From Mobula hypostoma (lineage: Eukaryota): a stretch of 64,000 bases of DNA. The notes under the pieces were generated by a model, which saw nothing but the letters and a program-made list of their open reading frames with translations, had not been told where the DNA came from and did no database searches. Positions 25,035 through 39,165 of this stretch are shown one piece after another. Positions within the stretch are counted from its first letter, which is position 1. Each line of letters starts with the position of its first letter. Both the position numbers and the translations under genes were made by a program. Location of the stretch: NCBI RefSeq assembly GCF_963921235.1, contig NC_086097.1, forward strand, positions 95,296,001-95,360,000, written 5' to 3'.

Positions 25035-28000
25035 GACGTAGAGCCTGATAGAGATACCCACATGGTGTGTTGCCTCCCAGGTGCCAGGGTATGGGATGTT
25101 TCAGATCGGGTGCAGAGTATTCTGAAGGGAGAGGATGAACAGCCAGAATACTTGGTACACTTTGATACCAATGACATAGGTAGAAAATGGGAGGAGATCC
25201 TGAGGAGAGAATTCAGGGAGTTAGGTAGGAAGCTGAAAAGCAGAACCCCTAGGGTAGTAATCTCAGGATTACTGCCTGTGCCATGTGCTAGTGAGTGCAA
25301 GAATAGTTTGATCAGGCATATTAATGTGTGGCTGAGGGACTGGTGTAGGGGGCAGGGCTTCAGATTCCTGGATCATTGGGGCCTCTTCTGGGGGAGGTAC
25401 AACCTGTGCAAAAAGGGCGGGTTACACCTGAACCCAAAGGGGTCCAATATCCTAGTGGGCAGATTTAATAGAGCTGTTAGGGAGCGTTTAAACTAATTTG
25501 GCCGGGGGATGGGAACCACAGTGATAGGGCTGAGGACGGGGAAAACAGAAATAAATCAACGATAGCGTGCAACAGAGATTAGGAAAGAACAGGCAGGAGA
25601 TGAGGCTTAATCAAAGCCAGTGGCATGAGTTACAGGGCAATAGAGGCATGGTGCAGTTAAAACAGAAAGCAACAAATACTAGACTGAGAGTGTTGTATTT
25701 GAATGCACGAAGCATAAGGAATAAAATGGACGATCTTGAAATTCAGCTACAGGTTGGAAAATATGTTGTTGTGGCCATCTCTGAAACTTGGCTAAAGGAT
25801 GGCTGCCATTGGGAGCGGAACATCCAAGGATATATGGTATATCGGAAAGATAGGTTAGTAGGCAGAGGGGATGGTGTGGCTCTGTGTATAAGAAATAATA
25901 TTAAATCATTGGAAAAAGATGACATAGGATCAGAAGGTGTAGAGTCTCTATGGGCTAAATTAAGAAATTGCAAGGGTAAAAGGACCCTAATGACAGTTGT
26001 ATACAGGCCTCCAAACAGAAGCCAGGGTGTGGATTACAAATTACAGCAGGAGATAGAAAAGGCATGTTAGAAGGGCAATGTCATGACAATTGTTGGGGAT
26101 TTTAACATGAAAGTGGATTGGGAAAAATAGGCCAGTACTGGACCTCAAGAGAAAGAAGTTGTAGAATGACTAAGGGATGGCCTTTTAGAACAGCTTGTTG
26201 TTGAACCCACTAGGGGATCGGCTGTGCTGGATTGGGTGTGCACAATGATCTGGATGTGATAAGAGAGCTTAAGGTTAAGGAACCTTCAGGGAACAGTGAC
26301 CACAATATGATTGAGTTCACATTGAAATTTGAGAGGGAAAAAATAAAATCCAATGTGTTGGCATTTCAGTGGAATAAAGGAAATTACAATAGCATGAGAG
26401 GGGAACTGGTCGAAGTTGACTGGAAAGGAACATTTGCAGGAAGGACAGCAGAGCAGCAATGTCTGAAGTTTCTGTGAAAAATGAGGGAAGTGCAAGACAG
26501 ATATATTCCAAATAAGAAGACATTTTCAAAGGGAAGGAGAACACTACAGAGGCTGACAAGTGAAGTCAGAGCCAAAGTAAAAGCAAAAGAGAGGGCATAC
26601 AAGGAAGCCAGAGCTAGTGGGAAGATAGAGGATTGGGAAGATAGAAGGAATGGGAAGATAGAGGGATTTTAAAAACTTGCAGAAGGAAACTAAAAAGGTC
26701 ATTCGGAAGGAAAAGATGAATTATGAGAGGAAGCTGGCGACTAATATCAAAGAAGATACCAAAAGCTTTTTTTAAAGTATATAAAGGGTAAAAGAGAGTC
26801 GAGGGTAGATATAGGACCAATTGAAATTGACGCTGGAGATATTGTAATCAGAGATGCAGAGATGGCAGAGGAACTGAATGCGTATTTTGCATCAGTCTTC
26901 ACAGTGGAAGACAGCTGCAGTATACCAGACATTCAAGAGTGTCAGGGAAGTGAAGTTTGTGTAGTGAAAATTATGACTGAGAAGGTGCTCAGGAAGCTTA
27001 CTGGTCTGAGGGTGGATAAATCTCCTGGAACTGATGGAATGCACCCTCAGGGTCTGAAGGAAGTAGCTGGAGAGATTGCGGAGGGAAGCATTAACGATGA
27101 CCTTTCAAGAATCGATAGATTCTGGCATTGTACTGGATGACTGGAAAATTGCAAATGTTACTCCACTATTTAAGAAGGGTGGGAAGGAAACTATAGGCCT
27201 GTTAGCCTGACATCAGTGGTTGGGAAGTTCTTGGAATCAATTGTTAGGAATGAGATTACAGAGTACCTGGAGGCACAAGACAAGATCGGCCAAAGCCAGC
27301 GTGGTTTCCTGAAAGGAAAATCCTGCCTGACTAACCACTGCAATTTTTTGAGGAAATTACAAGCAGGGTAGACAAAGAAGATGCGGTAGATGTGGAGTAC
27401 TTGGATTTTCAGAAGGCCTTTGACAAGGTGCCGCACATGAGGCTGCTTAGCAAAATAAGAGTCCATGTAAGTACAGGGAAGTTTCTAGCATGGGTGGAGC
27501 ATTGGCTGGTCAGCAGAAAACAGAGAGTGGGAATAAAGGGATCCTATTCTGCCGGTTACCAGTGGAGTGCCATAAGCGTCGGTGTTGGGACCGCTGCTTT
27601 CTACAATGTATGTCAATAATTTGGACTACAGTATTAATGGATTTGTGGCTAAAGTTGCCGATGATACAAAGATAGGTGGAGGAGCAGATAGTGTTGAGGA
27701 AACAGAGAGCCTGGAGGGAGACTTGGATAGTTTAGGGGAGTGGGCAAAGAAATGGCAAATAAAATACAATGTTGGAAAGTGTATAGTCATGCACTTTGGT
27801 GGAAGAAATAAATGGGCAGACTATTATTTAGATGGGGAGAGAATTTAAAATGCAGAGATGCAAAGGGACTTGGAAGTCCTTGTGCAGGATACCCTAAAGG
27901 TTAACTTCCAGGTTGAGTCGGTGGTGAAGAAGGCAAATGCAATGTTGGCATTTATTTCTTGAGGTATAGGATATAAGAGCAGGGGTGTGATGTTGAGGCT

Positions 28001-28572
28001 CTATAAGGCACTCGTGAGACCACAATTGGAGTATTGTGTGCAGTTTTGGGCTCCTTATTTTAGAAAGAATATACTGACATTGGAGAGGGTTCAGAGAAGA
28101 TTCACGAGAATGATTCCAGGAATGAAAGGGCTACCGTATGAGGAACACAGCTCTTGGGCTGTATTCCCTGGAGTTCAGGAGAATGAGGGGGGATCTCATA
28201 GAAACATTCCGAATGTTAAAATGTCTGAACAGATTAGATATGGCAAAGTTACTTCTCATGGTAGGGATTTCTAGGGCAAGAGGGCATGACTTCAGAATTG
28301 AAGGACATCCTTTTAGAACAGAGATGCAGAGAAATTACTTTAGTCAGAGGGTGGTAAATCTGTGGAATTTGCTGCCACGAGCGGCTGTGGAGGCCAAGTC
28401 ATTGGGTGTATTTAAGGCAGAGATAGATAGGTTCTTGTTTAGCCAGAGCATCAAACGGCATGGGGTGAAAGCAGGGGAGTGGGGATGACAGCAAGAATTG
28501 GATCAGCCCATGATTGAATGGCAGAGCAGACTCGATGGGCCGAATGGCCTGCTCCTATATCTTACGCTCTTA
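25035..28572 (+). mobile_element. Near full-length decayed CR1 LINE (ORF1 SGNH esterase-like; ORF2 APE endonuclease plus RT)
   Basis: ORF 25029-25496 (CCLPGA, DTNDIG, GLHLNPKG); 25567-26070 (YLNARSI, ISETWL, YRPPN); DFQKAFDKVPH, ADDTKIGG; 3' end gatgggccgaatggcctgctcc. Confidence 0.92.
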
Positions 28573-29689
28573 TAAAAACAGTGAGTCCTTGTTCCAGCAA
28601 TAGTAGCTTTCACAAGAATCCGTCTTCTTCACCTGCTTATTTAAGAAGCAGTGTTTGTGGCTTTGAAGCTGTGCACCAGGGTCTTGATACCCAAGTGAGA
28701 GTTGAGTAGAATCGGCTTATACCCTTTGGAGTTTAGGTGATCCTGTTGAGACATGGATTACTTGTGGAGCATTATGGGGCACAGTCTTCGTACAAGGGGT
28801 TTGCTAATTAACACAGAAATCAATAGGAGTTTATGAATGAATGGTTGATGGACAGTATGGACTCAATAGGCCAAATGGAATGCTTCCTTACTGTATTGCT
28901 CTACGACTTTATCTCTGTTGCAGAAAGCCATAAATCTACAATTTGAAAACCATAAATGTTGAGTCATTAAGTATATTCAAAAAGTTAAAGTAAAGTTTAT
29001 AATATGAACAGGTATATGCACTCTCATTTACACAGCATCAGATAAGCATCATATAAAATTCACGGCTTTTATAATCAGCAAATTGATTTTGGACTGCGGT
29101 GAAATCAATGGTCATGGCGATCAGGCAGGATGATCAGTTCAGCCGTGATACTAAATCATAAAGCAGACTTGTGGGGTCCTATTGCCCACCTTGTCACCTA
29201 GGAACAGTTTAGCACTGTGGTGTGTACTGGGAATAATTTAGGACTGTGATACATGTGGAATAGTTTAGAGTCAGAATGTATATTGGGAATAATTTATTAT
29301 TTTCTTGTTTTTGATTGCCCATTGGAGGAAAGGGTTTCTAATGAACATTCCCATCAAATCTGTCTGATATTATAAACACCTCTAGCAAATAAATCCTCCA
29401 CACTCAAACAAATGCACGTCAGGGTTATATAATCTGTCCTCTAAGACACCCTGTGAATCAGTGCTGCTTTTCTTCCAATGGATCCCTCCGATGTGCCTGG
29501 CCTAGAACAGAATCAGATTTACTATCACCAGCATATGCCATGAAATTTGTTAACTTAATGACAGCAGTACAACGAAATACATGATAAATAAATATAGACA
29601 AAAAGAACTGAGTGACATGTCCAAATATGTCCAATAAATAGTTAGGTTAAAATAAGTAATCCAAAGGACAGAAAGAAGTGAGGTAGTTG

Positions 29690-29800
29690 AATAAACTCTT
29701 CTCGGGCTTCCAGCTGGGTACAGGTATCGATTATAACCGACATTTCAATGACAAACTCTGCCATCTTCTTCAGGGATGATGCCATCCCTGGCATCAGGAA
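29690..29800 (-). mobile_element. PLE family B terminal repeat
   Basis: aataaactcttctc.ggcttccag motif is shared with 33167 and 33355, the latter abutting a Penelope RT. Confidence 0.7.
29735..29778 (-). ncRNA. Minimal hammerhead ribozyme motif (PLE family B)
   Basis: Minus strand atcc-CTGAAGA-a-gatggca/gagtt/tgtcatt-GAAAT-GTC-ggtt. Confidence 0.65.
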
Positions 29801-31749
29801 TCAGGCATCGTCTTTGGGAAGCATACACCCCTCTGCAGCGACAGTGTAAATTGTCAGCAAGGTGGAGAGGGCAAGACTCTATTAACCTTTCCAAAAACAT
29901 TTTTATCAGCATATAGACTTGTAATAATGACCATAATTTGACTTATTGGTCCTCCACATTTCCTAAGAAAATCTTGCATTTTATTTTGCTTAGGGCTGAT
30001 TATTTCGCTACAATGAATTCCACTAATGGGAATGGAAACAATTTAGAGTTAGGACAGGTATCATGGACACATGAACCATTGACAGCAAGGATGTTTCCAG
30101 GAGTGAGTTTATTAAATTATTTTAGTCCCAACTTAAAAGTCAAATTCCTTAATTAAAGAAAGAAACAGAAATCTGAGTTTATTTTGCTGTAAGTGACGCT
30201 CCACACACCAGGGTACAATAGTTTAATTCAACAGGAAACACTTGTGGTGATCAGGCTGAACCAGACACACAAGAAGGAAAGGCAATGATGAACGGTGCAG
30301 AGTGAGAGGAAAACAGAAGTACTACAGTGTTCAAGGATAACAGGAAGTGTCCAAGGATGACAGGAAGTAGCAACAATAGCTCTCATCAATTAACAACAAA
30401 TAGCAAATCTTGAAAAAAAATCTAGACAAAGGACTGTCATCACAGGATACATTACTAATATAGCCATGATTTCACTGACTAATAAACAATTACAACTCTT
30501 ATCTAGAAAGTACAAGACTGTGTGACTGTGTCGCGCTACAGATTTGATAGGGCTATTTGCTTACTGCACTACGTAACCATAAACACAGCAACATTCAGAC
30601 TGGACAAGCATCAATGTATAGTAGACCAGAGCTGTCCAGCAAAGATCTGCAGCCTTCAGTCCTGGCCCAGTAGTACTCAGCCATCCACCAAAACCAAGTA
30701 CAAAAAGAAGTTTTGAAGAACTTACATTTAAACCAATTTTACAGCCAATTATTGTTTCTGATAATTACAAAATGTAGCCAATTTGTGCAGTAACAACAAA
30801 TAATAATGGCCAGATCAGATCCTGGATGATAGACCAATTCACTGGAAGATTATGTGCACAAAACTCTAAAGAACAGGCATTTCCAATCCCATCCTACCCA
30901 GAGTTTCTTCTCGTAGTGATTCACATCACAAAGAAAATCCCCTGAATCTTTATGGTTGTTGTGGGTTTTTTGTGAGACTGGTGTAAATGGATGGCTGATA
31001 GTTGGCACAGTCTCAAGGGGTCAATGGGCCTGCTTCTGTAATTGAATTCCTATGGTTGTCATCTCATTGCCACACTCTACCAATATTCTGCACATATCTT
31101 TTTCTGTCTCAAATATATAATCATTTCCTATTAAATTATACATTGATAGCAGTCTGAATCACTCCATGTGGAAGATTATTCCACTTCAACACTCACTTTT
31201 AATGCAATTTGTCAGCTTTTGTTCTTGTCTAAACCAACGACTCATATCATTGACTCCTTCACCATTTTTTTCTGTTTGCTCTAATAAAGTCTTTCATTTT
31301 GTAAAGTACATCTGTAACTCAAAACCAGTTTCTCTGCTCCACTGAGGCTAGATCCCAGGATTTAAACTCTCTTCTCTCCTGTAATTCTCCATATGGTATA
31401 TTCTGCTCAAACTAACATTAATTTGCTCCACAACTTCAAAATCTTTTCCATAATCAGACTGCTCTAAATTACTTAGTGTACTAACTAAAGCCAAATCATT
31501 TGCATGCACAAATTTATTACCTCCTTTCCCTTGTATTCTGCAGCCATATTCATGAAGTAACTACAATACTACTGAACTCGTTATTGGAGTGATCCAAAAG
31601 CACTTGGCTTTTTTTGTGAAGGCAGTAATGCATTTGGTTTTCCATGTTTCTCTGTGTACTCAGCTCTTCAACAAATTTTAGTATACCGCACATCACGGTT
31701 CTTCTCCACAAATAAAACCTGTACTGCCTGCCTTTGAACATTGAGTACA

Positions 31750-31990
31750 GTTCAGGCAAATAGGGTTCAACCCCGGCTGCAGCCTGTAAGGAATCTGTAC
31801 ACCCTCCCCATGAAATGCGTGGGTTTCCTTCGGTGGCTCTGGTTTCCTCCACAATCCAAAGACATACCAGTTGGTAGGTTAATTGGTCATCATAAATTCG
31901 GCTCGGGTTAAGTCAGGGGTTGCTGGGCGGCACGGCTTGAAGGGCCGGAGGGCAGGGTGGGCCTGTTCGACACTGTATCGCTCAATAAAT
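31750..31990 (+). mobile_element. V-domain SINE, head decayed
   Basis: B-box-like ggttcaacccc; gcgtgggtttccttcggtggctctggtttcctccaca.tccaaagac; CR1-like tail ggcctgttc..ctgtatc. Confidence 0.75.
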
Positions 31991-32087
31991 TCTGTCTGAC
32001 ATCTTGTGGAGATGGGGGAAATCAGGAAAAAGATGGGATTGATTGAGAAGCATACCAACATGGAGAAGACACTCCAATCCTCACTGA

Positions 32088-32690
32088 GGGGTTGATGGTG
32101 GAAAGAATGAGTAGGTTTAAGTTTCTGGCACCAACATCTCGAAGGATCTATCCTGGGCCCAACAAGTTGATGCAATCTCAAAGGAGGCACACCCATTGCT
32201 CTACTTCTTTAGGAGTTTCAAGAGATTTGCAAACGTCTATAGACTTAGTGGAATGCATTCTGTCTGCTTACATCACAGCCTGGTATGGAGGCTCCATGCA
32301 CAGGATCAGAGTTACAGATTCAGCCATCTCAGCCATCAACCCTGACAACCCACTCAACCATCGAGGATATCTTCAAGAGACAATGCTTCCAGAATGCGGC
32401 ACCCATCACTAAGAGCTCTCACTATCCAGGACATGCCTTCCTCTTGTTACTATTGACAGGAAGGAGGTGCAGGAGCCTGAGGACCTACACTCAATGATTT
32501 GGAAATATTTCTTCCTCTCTGTCATCAGATTTCTGAATGGTCCACAAAATCATGAATACTACTTTGTTACTCCTTTTTCGTACTATTTATTTATTGTAAA
32601 TGATAGTAATTTAATGTCTTTGCATTACACTGTTGCTGCAAAGCAACAAACCTCACATTATATGAGTCAGTGATAATAAACTGATTCTGC
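32088..32690 (+). mobile_element. Rex1/Babar 3' fragment
   Basis: VECILSAYITAWYG, HYPGHAFLLLLLTGRRCRSLR; tail gataataaactgattctg. Confidence 0.75.
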
Positions 32691-33166
32691 TTTGGGTGCC
32701 TCCTGTAAAAACCATTATGCTAATAGTACAAGTTACACTCAGCCTGGAATGGCTCGATTAAGATTCATTTTCAAACTTTCCCCACAAACTGTTAAAAGAA
32801 AAGAGTGGTTCCTGATTCCACTTTTAAACAGCCCAGATATGATCATAAGGCTGATCCAGATTATCTTAATTTGTTGATACCTATTACATCAAATCCTCTA
32901 AACATTTTAAAAGCTCCAATTAGTTTCCTTTCAACCATCAAGTTTCAAGGATCAAATCTGAGTTTATGCAACCTGCCTTCACAATTTAAATCTTTAAGCC
33001 CTGAATTATTCTAATGAATCTACTGTATATTGTGTAAACACTTCCAAGGCATAAAGCTAAAATCTGAAAGCATGAAAAGACAAGCAGTCCCAGTAAGGAC
33101 AACAACTTCTAAACACAGGAGGGTTAAGAAAAAAAAGGATCTAGTGCTTTCCTGGTGTATATGCCA

Positions 33167-34095
33167 AATAAACTCTTCTCAGGCTTCCAGCCGGGTACAA
33201 GTATTGATTATAACCAATGTTTTGATGACAAACCCTGCCATGAAGCTGGTGAGATATGTTTACAATTGGACAGATGTTAGTGCACATGGGTTGCATCACT
33301 GGACAAAGAAAGCAATTTCAAACTGGTAAATTAGCAAACTGGTCTATTAGTATGAATAAACTCTTCTCAGGCTTCCAGATGCGCACAGGTATCGATTTTA
33401 ACGGACATTTTGATGACGAACTCTTAAGGGTTTGTGGATGGTTTTAATCCGGTATTTCTTCAGGTCCTCAAAAGGGCCGTTTTGCTGATACTGAACATTA
33501 CAAAAGGAGAGCAACTGGCCCTCCAGGTGAAACCAACCATCACAATTTTACCAGTGGACAAAGGAAATGCGACGCTCCTGATGTCCTTGGAGGAATACCA
33601 CAGGAAAATCCACCAGATTCTGGACGATTCCTCTTACAGAGTTCTACAGTGGGATCCCACGGATCTGATTGTGAGGATGACCTCCTCTTTACTGAAGAAA
33701 TCTGGACTGCCTGCAGACATATGCAAGACACTTGTACCTCAAGCCATGGTACCACCAAGACTTTATGGGCTCCCTAAGATACACAAGGACAGCTCCCCCC
33801 GAGGCCTATCATCAGTGTGATAGATTCTCCAACTTACTACCTTGCTAAGCATTTAATGACCATGCTGTCTCCCTTTGTTGGGGACAGTGAGCATCAAGTC
33901 ATGAATTGGACCAACTTCGTGAATACAATAACTAGCATCCAGCTGACCCTGGAGGACATAATGATCAGTTTTGACATAGTGTCCCTGCTCACGAGAGCTC
34001 CCATTAAGGAGACCTTGGTCGTCCTGCGGTCAAGGTTTGATAAGGGTATCACTGACCTTTATGAACACACCCTTACATCAACATAGTTCCTCTAT
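33167..34095 (+). mobile_element. Penelope-like (Poseidon-type) RT fragment preceded by inverted family B termini
   Basis: ILPVDKGNAT, PRLYGLPKIHKD, DSPTYYLAKHL, MISFDIVSLLT (ORFs 33434-33820 and 33817-34086); antisense terminal pieces at 33167-33241 and 33355-33424. Confidence 0.88.
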
Positions 34096-34099
34096 TGAT

Positions 34100-35385
34100 C
34101 AGCACATATGATCTATCACAGAGATATTGTTGAAAGAAAGGCAAGACTGGCAATTCAACATTCCAAGGTATAAAATCACAGGCAGGGTGTTTGTAAAAAG
34201 CAGCGTTATTGCAGTGTTCCCTCAGAACTCCATTAGTGCAGTATAGATTGCTGAACGAATATGCAAACCATAACTCTGTTTCAAAGTAGTCATGGAAAGA
34301 AGCAAGGATATTCTGAGAAAAGGTGAAATGAAGTGGGATGGATTTCAATATCATAAAACAGGGTGAGGCAAAAGTAGATTGGGAACGTCTGTTGGCAGGT
34401 AAGTCAGCAAATGCCTTGTAAAAACATGAGGGACTGCAGATAGTAGCATCTGGAGCAACAACCAAGAAGCTGAAGTAAACTTAGTAGGCCAGGCAGAATC
34501 CATAGAGGGAAATGGATAAATGTTTCAGATCACAGACATTCATCTGGATGCCAGTGCCAGGCCAATATGTTCCCATAAGGGTGAAAAGAAAGGATAGCAG
34601 GTCCAAAGAACATTGGATGACAAGGGATATTAATGCCTGCATTAAAAAGAAGGAAGCATGTGGCAGATACAAAAAACTGAAAGGAAGGAAGCTCTTCAGG
34701 AGTATACAAATGTCAGGGAGAAGAGCAAAATCAGCAGAGTAAATAAGGAAACACAAAAAACCACTGGCAAACGCAAAGCATTTTCTCAGTATAATAAGGG
34801 CAAGGGAATAACCAAGGAAAGAGCAGGGCCCATTAGAAACCAAATGGCAACCTACGCATGGAGCCGGAGGATGTATTTGAGGTCTAAGTGAATACTTTTC
34901 ATTTGCACCAAAGATGAGTACATTCTTTCAAGAAATCTTGTAGGGAGATTGGGTAATTTGGGAATATGTTATCTATAAAACGGAAGAGGGATTACATGTC
35001 AGCAGGCTTAAAGGTCGATAGATCACTGGGGACTGACAAGGTGTATCCCAGGTTTTTGTAGGGGCAAGGAAGGGGATTGCTGATCATGGGTAATGTGTCT
35101 AATGACTGGAAGACAGCAAATATGATACCTTTATTAAAGGAGGACAGTAGGGAAAGGCCACATAATTACTGCTTGAAGTCAATGTCAACGTTAAGGAAGT
35201 CAGTGGAAAAAGTTCTAAGGGACAGGGATCATTTACATTTAGAATTAATCGAAAGGGAACAAAATGTACTACTGAGGACAGTGTGTCTGAGGTAGTCTAC
35301 ATGAATTTCTGCAACTAAAGAATCACATGGAAAATTGGTCCAAAATGTTAGTGTCCATGGGACTTCAGGGAAGTTAGCAAATTAA
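34100..35385 (+). mobile_element. Old CR1 ORF2 fragments
   Basis: GQYVPIRVK..EHWMTRDI and DWKTANMIPLLK motifs. Confidence 0.65.
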
Positions 35386-35414
35386 TAATAACAATTTTAT
35401 AAATCACTTTCTAA

Positions 35415-36392
35415 TCTGTGCAGATTAGAAATAACATCTCCACCTCATGGACAACCAACACTGGCACACCTCAGGGATGTGTGCTTAGCCCACTGCTCTA
35501 TTCTGTCTACACTCAGGACTGTGTGGATAGGCACAGCTCAAATGCCATCTGTAAATTTGTTGACGATACAATTATTCTTAGCAGAATTTCAGATGGTGAT
35601 GAGGTGGTGTACAGGAGTGAGATAGATCAACTAGTTGAGTGGTGTCACAGCAAAAACCTTGCACTCAGTGTCAGTAAGACCAAAGAACTGATTGTGGACT
35701 TCAGAAAGGGTTAGACAAGGGAACACACACCAGTCCTCAGAGAGGGATCAAAAGATTCCGGATGTCAACACCTCTAAGGCTCTATCCTAGATCTAACATA
35801 TCAATGCAGTTACAAAGAAGGCATGACAATGGCTATATTTCAGTAGGAGTTTGAGGAGATTTGGTATGTCACCAAAAGCACTCACAAATTTCTACAGATG
35901 TACCGTGGAGAACATTCTAACTGGCTTCATCACCGTCTGGTATAGGGTTGGCGGGGGGGCGTTGGTTGGCTACTGCACAGGATCGAAATCAGTTGCAGAG
36001 TTGTAAACTTAGTCAGCTGTATGATGGCCACTAGCCTCCACCGTATCCAGGACATCGTCAAGGGATGATGCTTCAGAAAGGCGACATTCATCATTAAGAA
36101 CTCCCATCACCAATGTCATGCCTTGTTCTCATTGCTACCATCAGGAAGGAGGTACCGAAGTCTGAAGACACACACTCAACAATTCAAGAACAGCTTCTTC
36201 CCCTCTGTCATCCAATTTCTGAATGGACATTGAACCCATGAACACTACCTCACTATTTTTTAAAAATTTCTATTTTTGCACTATTTAATTTAACTATATT
36301 TACTGTAATTCAATTTTTTATTATTATATATTGTTTTGCACGGATGCCGTAAAGACAACAAATTTCACGACATATCCCAATTCTGATTCTAT
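35415..36392 (+). mobile_element. Rex1/Babar LINE 3' portion
   Basis: TGTPQGCVLSPLLYSVYTQDC, KFVDDT, SKTKELIVDFRK; tail ttctgattct. Confidence 0.88.
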
Positions 36393-36399
36393 ACAGACG

Positions 36400-36946
36400 A
36401 TATAGGTCAAAGTACTTCATAATGGGATAAAGTGCAAACATGAAAATAAAATACAAAAAGGTGTTAGCTAAAAGCAAGTTTAAATAACTAGGTTTTGAGC
36501 TGGTGCTTAAAAGTGTCAACTGAGTCTGCATCCTTTTAGGTATTGAATTCCACAGTTTAGAAGTGTAATTCAAAAAAGCTGACCTACCAATTATCTTTTG
36601 ATAATTGAAAAAGACCTGAGAACTCAAGCAGGATTATAAAACAAAACGATTCTGTGATGTGCTCTGATCCCAGAGCACTGAGAGCTTTAAAAACAAGCAT
36701 AAAAACTTTAAAATCCATTTAAAAAGATACAGGAAGTCAATGCAGAGAAGCAAGGACAAGAGTGATATGTACCCTCATCCTGGTTTTAGTTAAAAGTCTA
36801 GCAGCAGCATTCTGAATGAGTTGTAGATTGCTTTGGAAGGCCAGTAAAAAATAGCATTCTAATTTATCAGATATAAAGGCATGAATTTGCTTTTCAGCAT
36901 CATTACATGACAGAAATAGATACACCTTTGCAATATTTGGATGCAT
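36400..36946 (-). mobile_element. L2-clade LINE 3' fragment
   Basis: LQLIQNAAARLLTKT..HITLVLASLH and GRSAF..KLWNSIP are typical L2 C-terminal motifs. Confidence 0.8.
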
Positions 36947-37253
36947 AAATGGCTTGATAAGTGGAGACGGATGTCAATGGTGATTCTGGGGATTGGAAAC
37001 CTTTATCATTAGGGTAGGATGGTCAGAGTAATGGCCGATGGAACTTAAAGTTAATTGTCATAAATACATAATGATGCACTTTGGGACAACTAAATGGGAA
37101 GTCATTCACAATGACCAGTAAGACCTTAAGTATTGAGGAACAGAGGGCCCTTAGTGTACAAAGGTTCTTGAAGGTGGCAGCTCAGACAGATAAGACATAT
37201 GGGATACTTGTTTTCATTAGCTGTGCAGAAGCTAAGCACGGGGTATTATGGTG

Positions 37254-37418
37254 ACACATACAAAATGCTGGAGGAACTCAAAAGGTTAGGCAGCATCTGT
37301 GGAAAGGGATAAACAGTCAATGTTTCAGGCCAAGACCCTTCACCAGGATGGAGTACCTTCAGCATTTTGTGTATGTCAGTCTGGATTTCCAAACTCTGCA
37401 GAATCTATTGTCTTTTGA
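37254..37418. mobile_element. Older fold-back PLE family A insertion inside a CR1 remnant (36950-37640)
   Basis: 11-bp TSD gtattatggtg at 37243-37253 and 37419-37429; minus-strand hammerhead with mutated core CTGGTGA at 37314-37348. Confidence 0.75.
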
Positions 37419-39165
37419 GTATTATGGTGCAACATTCATTCCGCCAGCACCCTATGGGAAGGCTATCACGGCACTGGTGGTGGAGGTCGGTCCTCTCACA
37501 ACATTAAAGAGGAATCTAAATGAACACCTAAATAACCAAGCATAGAAGTCTGTAGACCAAGACCTGCAGGCGGGACTAGAACAGATGGTGGTTTAGACAT
37601 GGTAGGTTGAAAAGCCTGTTTGTGCACTGCATGACTCTATGACATCGGGTGGGAAGTTAACAAGAAAAAAAAGTGATAGAATCAGCAAATGACCTTTTTT
37701 TCTCTGTTACACTGCTCAGGACAGGGTTTATCATTACCCCACATCCCATTTATACACTTTTATAGCACCTTTCAAGACTGCAGTATAGCCAAGGGTCTCA
37801 TGACAAATAAACTGCCATCAATTACTGTATGTAGTTTTGGAAATGCCGCAGCCAACCTGTACTCACGATAAACCAAAACCAGATAATGTTACCAAATCTG
37901 ACTGATCTTTTTTTGGATGAACAAATACTGACCAGGACATCACCCAGGTCATTTATGTCACAGTGGTGCAAGCTCAAAGACAGCAGTACAGCTCACCTTC
38001 AGCACTGAGACTTATTTTTTGGAATGGAATTTAAGTCCACAAGCTGGTGGTTCAGAGCCACAGCTGACAAATTAAACTAACTTTCTATCAGATGCAATGG
38101 CAAGCAAACAAAAGGAACCAGAGGCCAATACTAAAAGCTGTACTAAATGTTATCAAAAACTAGGAGCGGGTGGAAGATTATAAACAATCAAAAATAAATT
38201 GGGTAAGTAATTAAAGAGGACCAAAATTAAGAGGAAGGAAATTCCTGTCTTTTTCCCAGTAAATAATAAAATACAGGAAGGTCCAAATTTGCCAAATCAT
38301 TCCCTTTGGTCCTGTGGTGCTTTAACATTGGGTCTGATGGAAATATTGCCTGTTATTTTCCAAGTTGCTGATTATTGCCTCTGTCTCAGTTCTGTTTCAT
38401 TGTGCAGGGTGTGCAGATGGGGGAGAAGTCTGCTCTTTGTTCTTCACAGGCACCAGATATTAGGGTATCTAAGTCATGTATCTTCTGACTTTCTCCACTG
38501 GAATATGGCTTGAGTGACACCTAGAAATCTGCCCTCAGTCAGCAGCACTAAACTGGCTGCAGTGTCACTTATACCTAAGCTGTTTTTGACTCTCTTTCAG
38601 AATCAATTGAACCAAGTTTTGAAAGCACACAGATGACATCTACTACACAGCCCTAATAACCAGAGTTGGATGCCTATGCAGTTTTTAATTCTGGTTAACT
38701 GATACAGCCATTTAGAACACAGAATGAAAATTCTCAGAAATGGGTCAAACTTGCACAGGTTGTCCACAAGGAAGAGTTTGAACACAGCTATGGTAAGATG
38801 TGTCAGTGCTAAAGTGGAGATGTTTTTCACTCTCCAAATTGCACAACACTCAGTCTTGCACTCTAAATGGTTTAGAAGTGTAATAGTGTCTAGGCCACAG
38901 TGAACCACCATAGCTTACATCGTTGTTATCCCTCTCAAAACAAACTGAACCTGTTTAGGCTTCATTTGCTGAACTTTCCCCAGCATCCTTCAGCTTCAGA
39001 GCACATATGATTTAATTAGGCAAGGACAAGATAGCCTTCAGTCACAGATTAGTAAAACATAAAAATGTTCAAAGCAAATTTATTATCAAAGTATTTATTT
39101 GTCACCATATACTACAATGAGATTCATTTTCTTGCAGGTGTTCACAGTAGGGCAAAGAAATACAA

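Noticed and set aside
26618..26668. Three short tandem copies of tgggaagataga in CR1 ORF2
   Set aside because: Ordinary slippage in a dead element
38601..38792. Plus-strand acceptor (ctctttcAG) and donor (GTAAGA) pair
   Set aside because: Stops in all three frames and no recognisable product
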